Assembly: GCA_902762795.1 (NCBI GenBank)
Contig: CACWPM010000030.1
Location: 1 to 24,000, forward strand
Direction of reading: 5' to 3'
DNA: 24,000 nucleotides
From: Fibrobacter succinogenes
Lineage (GTDB): Bacteria; Fibrobacterota; Fibrobacteria; Fibrobacterales; Fibrobacteraceae
The first letter of the stretch is position 1; every line of letters begins with the position of its first letter. Shown one piece after another: positions 1 through 7,727 of the stretch. Both the position numbers and the translations under genes were made by a program. The notes under the pieces were generated by a model. It saw only the letters and a program-made list of their open reading frames with translations. It was not told the DNA's origin and did no database searches.

Positions 1-460
1 AGACATTAGCTTCATGACGCACAGAATCCACATGAGCCGTACATTTTAACTGATTTCTAACCATTCGGCAACCACAAGCGGAAACAGAAATCATATGAAC
101 AAAATCAGCCTTCGGATTAAAAAGATGTCCCCCTACAGGATCGTCTCGCACCTCAACAGTCATTAATGATATATCCGTCCCAAAATTAGGGTCCACATGC
201 GAATGAATTAAAAAATCATAAAACAGCTTATCAGGGCCATGATAATGTCTAGTATAACAAGTTTCCCAATCCAAGCCCGTTCCACACGACACAGGATGCG
301 AAGCTTTTTTCATAAGAAGCGGAAATTCCGTCAGTTTATTCACCTGTTCATTCTGGATATCGTTCGCAGCCGTTGACGCCATGGAATTATCCACGCCAGA
401 TTCTGAGCAGCCCATCATAGCCAGCGCTAAAATAGCGGCAGACAATGTTATCTTTTTCAT
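1..460 (-). CDS. Lipoprotein, 5' part only (3' end runs off the left edge); shares its signal peptide and lipobox with the neighbouring lipoprotein genes
   Basis: Absent from the supplied ORF track because it has no in-window stop. My own translation of the minus strand from the ATG at 460..458 gives MKKITLSAAILALAMMGCSESGVDNSMASTAANDIQNEQVNKLTEFPLLMKKASHPVSCGTGLDWETCYTRHYHGPDKLFYDFLIHSHVDPNFGTDISLMTVEVRDDPVGGHLFNPKADFVHMISVSACGCRMVRNQLKCTAHVDSVRHEANV, open through position 2. An AAGGAGA RBS lies 7 nt upstream. The signal peptide is almost identical to that of 632..1315, but the mature part does not obviously align with the paralogs. Confidence 0.7.
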   Translation of the reverse strand, partial: MKKITLSAAILALAMMGCSESGVDNSMASTAANDIQNEQVNKLTEFPLLMKKASHPVSCGTGLDWETCYTRHYHGPDKLFYDFLIHSHVDPNFGTDISLMTVEVRDDPVGGHLFNPKADFVHMISVSACGCRMVRNQLKCTAHVDSVRHEANV

Positions 461-573
461 ATCAATCTCCTTTTTTATTAAATTGGTTAAATATAAAATA
501 AACTATTTATATGTTATTTTCAAGAGTTTATTTTAGTATTTCAATATAAATTTACAAAGTTTATAAAAATTTA

Positions 574-606
574 CAAAAAAAAGATAACCCGGCGGAACGC
601 CGAGTT
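574..606 (-). terminator. Rho-independent terminator downstream of the 632..1315 gene
   Basis: On the minus strand: stem CTCGGCG, loop TTC, stem CGCCGGG (7 bp, 1 mismatch), followed by TTATCTTTTTTTT. Confidence 0.6.
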
Positions 607-631
607 CTTTGCATTCTTTCAACAAAAGAAA

Positions 632-1315
632 TCAGTTCTTATTTTGAAGAGCATAATTCAAAAATCTAATATAGGCCAGAATTCCAGGAACCATATATCT
701 TTGGTACACTTTTTTCGCCACATCGGCACTTAAATTTTTACGATACGTAGCCGATAACGAAACATCACCTCCATTTATAGTAACACTTGCAGCTGCTACT
801 ATACCCACTGGATTACTGGTTGTCGACAGATCAGCGCATTCACGTGCCAATTCTGACGTATAAGAGCCACCCTGCTTTACAGCAAAATGAGATTTCTGGC
901 ATTCACCATCCGACGAACAACCTTGCACGCAAAGCGAGAACTGATGATGAGAAACGGTGTTCCGATACGGATTCCATTCACCCTGTCGTTTATCACTTTT
1001 TTTCGTAATCAAAGACCTAACAGTGTACTGGTGCCCTGCATCATAAGCATCGTCACTCGCATAAACAAAGAAACGATATATTCCGCTATCATCCAAAACT
1101 TGCCCAGACCATTCTGCTCCTGCTTTTTGAAGCGCCAACGGAGAATTAGAGTCCGGGAATTCAGGGATATCTTCGGGAACCACAGTCAATTGTTCCAAGG
1201 CATTTCTCTTTTGAATTTCACTCGTTGAAGGCATCACAGAAAGATCCATGCCAGATTCTGAGCAGCCCATCATTGCCAAAGAAAATACAGCAGCAGACAA
1301 CGTAATTTTTTTCAT
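632..1315 (-). CDS. Lipoprotein of unknown function, a paralog of the 1512-2922 genes
   Basis: Track ORF 632..1360. I prefer the internal start MKKITLSAAVFSLAMMGCSESG (ATG at 1315) because GGAGAAAATAATG supplies an RBS and the paralogs start at the same place. Motifs shared with the paralogs: CVQGCSSDGECQKS vs CVRDCDDEGNCKDN, and the C-terminus VYQRYMVPG...ALQNKN vs VYQKYLAAPLQNH. Confidence 0.8.
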   Translation of the reverse strand: MKKITLSAAVFSLAMMGCSESGMDLSVMPSTSEIQKRNALEQLTVVPEDIPEFPDSNSPLALQKAGAEWSGQVLDDSGIYRFFVYASDDAYDAGHQYTVRSLITKKSDKRQGEWNPYRNTVSHHQFSLCVQGCSSDGECQKSHFAVKQGGSYTSELARECADLSTTSNPVGIVAAASVTINGGDVSLSATYRKNLSADVAKKVYQRYMVPGILAYIRFLNYALQNKN

Positions 1316-1451
1316 TATTTTCTCCTTCCGAATTAAATTCGATGAACAAAATATAATCATCTTTTACAACTTTGTAAAGATAAAATTATACAGAATTTTA
1401 ACTTTATCAACATTAAATAAAGTTTTATAGAAACAACATATAACATACGCA

Positions 1452-1483
1452 CAAAAAAAGAACCCGGCAAAGCAAGCCGAGTT
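1452..1483 (-). terminator. Rho-independent terminator downstream of the gene ending at 1512
   Basis: On the minus strand: stem AACTCGGC, loop TTGCTTT, stem GCCGGGTT (1 mismatch), followed by CTTTTTTTG. Confidence 0.6.
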
Positions 1484-1511
1484 CATTATAGCCAAATGGG
1501 ACCAGCAAAGA

Positions 1512-2175
1512 TTAGTGGTTTTGCAAAGGTGCTGCGAGATATTTCTGATAAACAAGCAAAGCCTGATTTCTATTTTTCAATCCACTATAAGACGAACCGG
1601 TCAAGACAATTTCATCAGGCTTTCCCGCATTCACAACAGCGGCATAATTGGAAACAGTCCCCAACTCGCCATCACCACCTGCCTGGCACTGTTGATCGAA
1701 CCACGGGAAAGGTTCATTTTGGAGGTCTTTAGGTATCGGCAGAAACGTATATGGATCATGATATTGAGCTATTTCATTACTACTATTCTCACAGTTCCCT
1801 TCATCATCACAACCTCGAACACAAACCGTATATACATGAAGCATATCAACTTTTAGACTCGAATTAATATCAGGAGAACCTACCCAAACTTTTCCATGAC
1901 CACCGTATTTCGTTACTGTTGACTGTATTCCAATTCGATAACGTATTCCACCAATTCTTTCAGAAAGATCAAAAAAAGCGTAAGTATCAGGAAAATAATC
2001 ACAAATAAGCGTAGTAGTCTGTTTTTTTTAAAACAGGGACAAAATCCGCCGAATACTGATTTTGTACATCAATAATTTCGCGCGTTGTTGAAGCAACAGA
2101 ATTATCAACGCCCATATCAGAGCAGCCCATCATAAACAATGCCGAAAGCACGGCAGACAATGTTATCTTCTTCAT
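1512..2175 (-). pseudogene. Lipoprotein, downstream copy of the tandem duplication; frameshifted at an A8 homopolymer (either a phase-OFF allele or a pseudogene)
   Basis: From the ATG at 2175 the frame reads MKKITLSAVLSALFMMGCSDMGVDNS...VPVLKKTDYYAYL and stops at 1999. From codon CAG (2021..2019) the -1 frame is open to the TAA at 1512. It reads QTTTLICDYFPDTYAFFDLSERIGGIRYRIGIQSTVTKYGGHGKVWVGSPDINSSLKVDMLHVYTVCVRGCDDEGNC...LAAPLQNH and is colinear with the upstream copy. The only frame-breaking difference is T8 at 2022..2029 versus T7 at 2770..2776. Confidence 0.6.
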
Positions 2176-3024
2176 ATAAACCTCCTTATTTGTTATATAA
2201 AGTATTATAAATATACATTCATTTTTACAAAAACTCTCATTTTTTTTACACAACAACATATTATAAGCAAAATCAAAAGGTGCTGCGAGATATTTCTGAT
2301 AAACAAGCAAGGCCTGATTCATATTTTTAAATCCACTTCCTACACTATAAGTTGAACCGGTCAAGACAATTTCATCAGGCTTTCCTGCATTCACAACAGC
2401 GGCATAATAGGAAATAGTCCCCAACTCGCCATCACCTTTTTTTAGCTGGCACTGTTGATCGAACCAGTGAAGTTCTTGACCGTCTTTAGGCATCGGCAAA
2501 AACGTATATGAATCATCATATCGAACTACACCACTATTATCCTTACAGTTTCCTTCATCATCACAATCTCGAACACAAACCGTATATACATGAAGCATAT
2601 CAACTTTTAGACTCGAATTAATATCAGGAGAACCTATCCAAACTTTTCCATGACCACCGTTTTCTGATACTGTCGACGCTATTCCAATTGAATAACGCTT
2701 CCCACCAATTCTTTCAGAAGTATCAAAAAAAGAACTAGTAAACCGATCACAAATAAACGTAGTAGTCTGTTTTTTTAAAACAGGCACAAAATCCGCCGAA
2801 TACTGATTTTGTACATCAGTAATTTCTCGCGTTGTTGAAGCAACAGAATTATTAACGCCCATATCAGAGCAGCCCATCATAAACAATGCCGAAAGCACGG
2901 CAGACAATGTTATCTTCTTCATATTAACCTCCTTATTTGTTATATAAAGTATTATAAATATACATTCATTTTTACAAAAACTCTCATTTTTTTTACACAA
3001 CAACATATTATAAGCAAAATCAAA
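1527..3024. repeat. Direct tandem duplication, 2 x ~750 bp (copy B 1527..2277, copy A 2278..3024), each holding promoter, RBS and a lipoprotein gene
   Basis: 2176..2277 and 2923..3024 differ at 1 position in 102 nt. The signal-peptide coding part differs at about 4 of 142 nt. The junction is at 2277/2278 (aatcaaa|aggtgctgcgag). It joins upstream sequence (3018..3024 aatcaaa) to the gene's 3' end (1527.. aggtgctgcgag), with caaa microhomology. Confidence 0.9.
1999..2922 (-). CDS. Lipoprotein, upstream copy of the tandem duplication; it has no stop of its own and reads through the duplicated promoter into the 5' end of the next copy
   Basis: Track ORF 1999..3006. The likely start is the ATG at 2922 (MKKITLSAVLSALFMMGCSDMG), preceded by TAAGGAGGTTAAT. 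The part homologous to the family ends near 2278 (..QKYLAAP). The tail FDFAYNMLLCKKNESFCKNECIFIILYITNKEVYMKKITL... is translated promoter, RBS and signal-peptide sequence from the second copy. Confidence 0.65.
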   Translation of the reverse strand: MKKITLSAVLSALFMMGCSDMGVNNSVASTTREITDVQNQYSADFVPVLKKQTTTFICDRFTSSFFDTSERIGGKRYSIGIASTVSENGGHGKVWIGSPDINSSLKVDMLHVYTVCVRDCDDEGNCKDNSGVVRYDDSYTFLPMPKDGQELHWFDQQCQLKKGDGELGTISYYAAVVNAGKPDEIVLTGSTYSVGSGFKNMNQALLVYQKYLAAPFDFAYNMLLCKKNESFCKNECIFIILYITNKEVYMKKITLSAVLSALFMMGCSDMGVDNSVASTTREIIDVQNQYSADFVPVLKKTDYYAYL

Positions 3025-3076
3025 TTCTATTTACAAACTAGCATTAACTCACATTAAAAAAGTTGTTTACACATAC

Positions 3077-3102
3077 AAAAAAGTCCGCTATAGCGGACTT
3101 TT
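3077..3102 (-). terminator. Hairpin terminator downstream of rfbA
   Basis: AAAAGTCCGC, loop TATA, GCGGACTTTT: a perfect 10-bp stem with A/T runs on both sides, so it could act in both directions. Confidence 0.6.
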
Positions 3103-3129
3103 CTAACAAGAACTGACAAAGCAGTCCAT

Positions 3130-4017
3130 TTAATAATGGATTTTGCCTTCGGCGACTTTTTTGAGATGTTGACCGTAAGGAGACTTGCCGTACTTGGCAG
3201 CAGATTCCAACAGTTTTTCCTTGTCAATCCAGCCGTTGATGTAGGCGATTTCTTCGACGGCAGAAATTTGAATGCCCTGGCGGTTTTCGACCATCTTCAC
3301 GAACTCGCCCGCTTCGATGAGGCTATCCATCGTGCCGGTATCAAGCCAAGCAAAACCGCGACCAAGGAGTTTCACGTCGAGTTCGCCCTTGTCGAGGTAC
3401 GTCTTGTTGAGATCGGTAATTTCAAGTTCGCCACGGGCGCTGGGTTTTTGCGTCTTGGCAAATTTCGAAACGCGGTTATCGTAGAAATAAAGGCCCGTAA
3501 TGGCGTAATTGCTCTTCGGTTCCTTCGGCTTTTCTTCTACCGAAATAACCTTGCCATCCTTGTCGAATTCTACGACGCCAAAACGTTCCGGATCCTCGAC
3601 ATAATAGCCGAACACGCTAGCGCGACCGTTTTCTTCGGCGTTTTTGACGGCAGCTTTCAATAGCGGACTGAAACCGTTTCCGTAGAAGATGTTATCGCCA
3701 AGCACCATCGCGCAACAATCATCACCGATAAATTCTTCGCCAAGAATGAAAGCCTGCGCAAGTCCATCCGGGCTCGGCTGCACCTTGTAGCTCAAGTTGA
3801 GGCCCATGGCGGAACCATCGCCAAGCAAGCGTTCAAAATTCGGCAAATCCGTCGGTGTCGAAATAATGAGAATGTCACGAATGCCCGCCAACATGAGCGT
3901 CGAAAGCGGGTAATAAATCATCGGCTTGTCATAGACCGGCAAAAGCTGCTTCGACGTGACCATCGTGAGCGGATACAAACGGGTGCCGGAGCCTCCAGCA
4001 AGAACGATTCCTTTCAT
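3130..4017 (-). CDS. rfbA: Glucose-1-phosphate thymidylyltransferase (RmlA/RfbA)
   Basis: 295 aa. The N-terminus [55 protein letters not shown] is the canonical RmlA G-x-G-T-R-L signature. The length and the C-terminal tetramerisation region are typical. Confidence 0.96.
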   Translation of the reverse strand: MKGIVLAGGSGTRLYPLTMVTSKQLLPVYDKPMIYYPLSTLMLAGIRDILIISTPTDLPNFERLLGDGSAMGLNLSYKVQPSPDGLAQAFILGEEFIGDDCCAMVLGDNIFYGNGFSPLLKAAVKNAEENGRASVFGYYVEDPERFGVVEFDKDGKVISVEEKPKEPKSNYAITGLYFYDNRVSKFAKTQKPSARGELEITDLNKTYLDKGELDVKLLGRGFAWLDTGTMDSLIEAGEFVKMVENRQGIQISAVEEIAYINGWIDKEKLLESAAKYGKSPYGQHLKKVAEGKIHY

Positions 4018-4090
4018 AACAAATCTCCTATGAATTCGAAAATAGAAAAGTTATTACGAAATATTCTCAAAAAGTTATCTTTACGCCATT

Positions 4091-6709
4091 ATGGCAGAGC
4101 AAAATAAGCGTATTCTCAAAGATTTTTTAGAAGAACTGATTAAAAAAGTTAACGGACACCGTTCAGATATCTCGTCCGAAGATGTTTTGGAACAATTTAT
4201 GGAGTGGGCCGAAGCCCGCGGGACAACGTTGTACCCAGCGCAAGAAGAAGCGATTTTGGAACTTTTGGACGGCAAGAACGTTATCCTCAACACGCCGACC
4301 GGAAGTGGCAAATCCATGGTCGCGCTAGCTCTGCATTTTGACAGTCTTGTGCACAATCGACGAAGCGTTTATACGTGCCCCATCAAGGCGCTCGTGAACG
4401 AAAAATGGATGGCGCTCTGCAAGGAATTCGGCGCCGAGAACGTCGGACTTTCGACCGGCGATGCAACCGTGAACCGCGACGCGCCTATCATTTGCTGCAC
4501 AGCAGAAATTCTTTCGAACATGGCGCTCTGCGAAGGCGAAACGCTTTCCATCACGGATATCGTGATGGACGAGTTCCATTACTACAGCGACAAGGAGCGC
4601 GGTGTCGCCTGGCAAGTTCCGCTTTTGACACTCCCGCAATCGCGCTTCCTTTTGATGAGCGCGACCGTCGGTGCAACGGAATTTTTCGAACGCGACATGA
4701 CCAAGCATACAGGCCGCGAGTCCGTGACCGTCCGCTCCACGCAACGCCCGGTGCCTCTAGACTTTAGCTACAGCACGACAGAAATTTCGACAGAAGTGCA
4801 AAAACTCGTGAACGAAGGCAAGGCTCCTGTTTATGTTGTTCACTTTACGCAGGCCGCCGCCGCAAGCAATGCGCAGAACTTCATGAGTCTGGACCTCTGC
4901 ACCAAGGAAGAAAAAGTCAAGATCAACGAAGCGATTAAAGAGGTTCGCTTTTCTAGCCCGTACGGCCCGGATGTCAAGCGTTGGCTCAAGCAAGGCATAG
5001 GGATTCACCATGCAGGACTTTTGCCGAAGTACCGCATTCTCTGCGAAAAGTTGGCACAGCAAGGTTTGCTCAAAGTCATTTGCGGAACGGACACGCTCGG
5101 TGTCGGCGTGAACGTCCCCATCCGCACCGTCCTTTTCACACAACTTTGCAAGTACAGTGGCGACAAGACCGCCATTTTGACCGCACGAGATTTCCACCAG
5201 ATCGCGGGCCGCGCAGGCCGTAAAGGTTTTGACAATGTCGGCTACGTCGTTGCACAAGCGCCTGAACACGTCATCGAAAATCTGAAACTCGAAGCGAAGT
5301 CGCGCACGACCGGAAAAAAATTCCAAAAGAGGAAACCGCCTGAACATGGCTACATTCCGTTCGACGAAAATACATTCAAGCGCTTGATTGAAGCCTCACC
5401 GGAACCGCTCACGTCTAGCTTCCAGGTGAACCACGGAATGCTTTTGAACATCTTGAGCCGCCCGACGGACGGTTGCCGAGCCATGCGGTCGCTCCTCAAA
5501 GATTGCCACGAAAGCGCAGCGAGCAAAAAGCAGTTGCAGCACCGCGCCTTCCTCTTGTTCAAGAGCCTCGTCGAAAAGAAGATTATCGAATTTGTGCCTG
5601 CCGTTGCACCGGGATACAGCCACTTGCGCGTGAACATGGACCTGCAAGACGATTTTTCGATGAACCAGCCGCTTTCGCTGTACCTGCTCGACACATTGCC
5701 GAAACTCGACAAGGACTCGCCTGAATACGCGCTCGATGTAATTACTTTATGCGAAAGCATCCTTGAAAATCCCGATGCAATTTTGCGCATCCAGCAGAGC
5801 AAAGCACGCGATGCCCGCATGAACGAGCTCAAGGCGCAAGGCATGGAATACAACCAGCGTCTCGAAGAACTCGAAAAAGTCGAATACCCGAAACCGTTGC
5901 GAGACTTTATTTACGATACATTCAACGCATTCGCCGATGTCCATCCGTGGGTAGATGAAAACATCGAACCCAAGTCCATTGTGCGCGAGATGTTCGAGAA
6001 CTTCAGCACGTTCAGCGGCTACGTGAAACAGTACAATTTGCAGCGCATGGAAGCGATCTTGCTGCGCCATTTGAACGGCGTTTACAAGGTGCTTTCACAA
6101 ACTGTTCCCGACGGCTACAAGAACGAAGAACTCTTGGAAATGCAGGACTATCTCGGTGAAATGATACGCCGCGTGGACTCGAGCCTCTTGGAAGAATGGG
6201 AAAAGATGGCGCACCCGGAAGATTACCAAAAACGCTTGGACGAAGGCACCGCCGAAGACGAAGCCGAGAAAGCATTCGGCGCAGACAAGGCCGCCGCAGA
6301 CATCACCTACGACAAAAAGCGGTTCCTCAGCATGATCCGTCAGCGCATTTTCCAAATTATGATGAGCCTCTCCAAGCAAGATTTCGCAGATGTCCTGGAC
6401 AGCCTCGCCGACGATCTTGCCGAAGGCGAACTTTTGGCAGATGCCGAAGGCACGCCGTGGACAGAAAAACGCCTGCTCGAAATCATGGCCGCCTACACTG
6501 CAGAACACCACAGGTTCCGCATGGACGTAGAAGGACGTGCGCTAGCCCACACAATCGTCACTTACGAAGGCAACATCATGCACATTCAGCAAATGTTGCA
6601 GGACGAGGAAGGATTTAACGACTGGAGCATCGATTTCACGGTAAATCTTGACGAATGTCACGAAGCGGGAATGCCTTTAATAAAAATGGCTCGTATTGGA
6701 GAAGTATAG
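4091..6709 (+). CDS. Ski2-like DEAD/DEAH-box (superfamily 2) helicase with a long C-terminal extension, possibly DUF3516-type
   Basis: 872 aa. Helicase motifs: [21 protein letters not shown] (MSATVG), and [12 protein letters not shown]. The C-terminal ~400 aa is helical and acidic. The DUF3516 assignment is from memory of the family architecture and has not been verified. Confidence 0.88.
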   Translation: MAEQNKRILKDFLEELIKKVNGHRSDISSEDVLEQFMEWAEARGTTLYPAQEEAILELLDGKNVILNTPTGSGKSMVALALHFDSLVHNRRSVYTCPIKALVNEKWMALCKEFGAENVGLSTGDATVNRDAPIICCTAEILSNMALCEGETLSITDIVMDEFHYYSDKERGVAWQVPLLTLPQSRFLLMSATVGATEFFERDMTKHTGRESVTVRSTQRPVPLDFSYSTTEISTEVQKLVNEGKAPVYVVHFTQAAAASNAQNFMSLDLCTKEEKVKINEAIKEVRFSSPYGPDVKRWLKQGIGIHHAGLLPKYRILCEKLAQQGLLKVICGTDTLGVGVNVPIRTVLFTQLCKYSGDKTAILTARDFHQIAGRAGRKGFDNVGYVVAQAPEHVIENLKLEAKSRTTGKKFQKRKPPEHGYIPFDENTFKRLIEASPEPLTSSFQVNHGMLLNILSRPTDGCRAMRSLLKDCHESAASKKQLQHRAFLLFKSLVEKKIIEFVPAVAPGYSHLRVNMDLQDDFSMNQPLSLYLLDTLPKLDKDSPEYALDVITLCESILENPDAILRIQQSKARDARMNELKAQGMEYNQRLEELEKVEYPKPLRDFIYDTFNAFADVHPWVDENIEPKSIVREMFENFSTFSGYVKQYNLQRMEAILLRHLNGVYKVLSQTVPDGYKNEELLEMQDYLGEMIRRVDSSLLEEWEKMAHPEDYQKRLDEGTAEDEAEKAFGADKAAADITYDKKRFLSMIRQRIFQIMMSLSKQDFADVLDSLADDLAEGELLADAEGTPWTEKRLLEIMAAYTAEHHRFRMDVEGRALAHTIVTYEGNIMHIQQMLQDEEGFNDWSIDFTVNLDECHEAGMPLIKMARIGEV

Positions 6710-6734
6710 AATATATTAAAAAGAGGATGTTGGT

Positions 6735-7727
6735 ATGAAATATTCTCTTTTTAAAAATTTTTCCGATGGGGTCATCATCGCAACTGCATTTTTTGCAATG
6801 GCGAGCGTCCCCTTTATTACCCCCGCCCACGCCGATGAGGCAAAAGGCTTTTCGCACACGTTAACCGTCGATGCGGCGTACTATCCTAAAAGCGATTATA
6901 AAAAAGGCAAAGACCACTTTGCTAAAGTAACCGGAGCTTTTGACGGAATTTTAGCCAAGGCCACATGGCAATCGATTTACACAATTTCAACCCCGCTCGG
7001 CGAAGGGCCGCTCCTTTCAAGCGCCATTCTCGAACTGAAGGGCGGAATTGAAATTTCACCGCTTTCCATTAGACCCATTGCTAGCGTCGCTTTTACGCCA
7101 CTACCGTTTCTCGTTTTCGACGCAGGATCAAGTATCGGTTCGGGTTGGAACATGCTTGGTTTCGAAGGATTTTGCGAATACCAGAACGACAGCTACAAGA
7201 ATTTGACGCCGTTCACCCGATACTATCACGACCACTGGGTTGGCGCGACATTCCAATTTGACCTCGGCGAGATTTTCGAAGGCGACTGGACTCATGTCGT
7301 GATGATAGCGAATTACCAAATGGAATACAAGGGAATTCTTGGCGTAGACAAGGGACATTTATGGGCTTGGCAGACAACCGAAGGGTACGCAAACGGACTT
7401 GGTTATAGATTTATCGGTCTTCTCGGTTACCAGATGACAAAATTCGTAGACCTGATTGGTTTCATGGCCGAGATTTACGGGAACTACAGCAAAAAAGACT
7501 TCGGGGAATATGCCGATACATTCGGTAAATTCATGACGGTCGAACTGAACGCTCTTGCAAGGCTCGCACTAAACAAGACAAATTCACTTACGATTGACGC
7601 AAGAGTTTCTAGCCGAAGAAGCTTTGCCACAGACCACAAAAAAGGCAAGGAAGAACCTCACCTTTTACAAACCGGACGCGAATGGTATTTCGACTGTATC
7701 GCGCTAAGCTGGGAACGAAAATTTTAA
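6735..7727 (+). CDS. Hypothetical secreted protein, probably an outer-membrane beta-barrel
   Basis: 330 aa with a GAGGA RBS at -10. There is an N-terminal hydrophobic signal ending AHA|DEA, alternating aromatic/glycine-rich beta-strand-like segments, and a C-terminal ...WERKF ending in Phe as in OM barrels. I recognised no family. Confidence 0.65.
   Translation: MKYSLFKNFSDGVIIATAFFAMASVPFITPAHADEAKGFSHTLTVDAAYYPKSDYKKGKDHFAKVTGAFDGILAKATWQSIYTISTPLGEGPLLSSAILELKGGIEISPLSIRPIASVAFTPLPFLVFDAGSSIGSGWNMLGFEGFCEYQNDSYKNLTPFTRYYHDHWVGATFQFDLGEIFEGDWTHVVMIANYQMEYKGILGVDKGHLWAWQTTEGYANGLGYRFIGLLGYQMTKFVDLIGFMAEIYGNYSKKDFGEYADTFGKFMTVELNALARLALNKTNSLTIDARVSSRRSFATDHKKGKEEPHLLQTGREWYFDCIALSWERKF

Noticed and set aside
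2923-3006. Upstream extensions of the lipoprotein ORFs (MLLCKKNESFCKNECIFIILYITNKEVN at 2923..3006; MIIFCSSNLIRKEKI at 1316..1360)
   Set aside because: These translate AT-rich promoter and RBS sequence. A strong Shine-Dalgarno sequence directly precedes the MKKITL start, and all paralogs share that start.
1-3030. Mobile genetic island or prophage remnant as the explanation for the AT-rich lipoprotein cluster
   Set aside because: No integrase, transposase, tRNA attachment site or terminal inverted repeats are visible in the window. Low GC alone is insufficient, so it is reported only as a variable paralog cluster.
4081-6618. Many 60-200-aa ORFs overlapping or antisense to the helicase gene (for example 4325..4744, 4757..5347, 5350..5853, 6095..6511, 6196..6618)
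   Set aside because: They lie entirely inside a long ORF with clear SF2 helicase motifs. Their translations are Arg/Ala/His-rich low-complexity sequences typical of off-frame reading of moderately GC-rich coding DNA. They have no RBS or recognisable motifs.
7724-7727. Convergent genes 6735..7727 (+) and 7724..9277 (-) overlap by 4 nt through the palindromic TTTAA (TAA stop on both strands)
   Set aside because: The overlap is real, but short 3'-3' overlaps of this kind are common. There is no hairpin between the genes, and nothing suggests a special mechanism.
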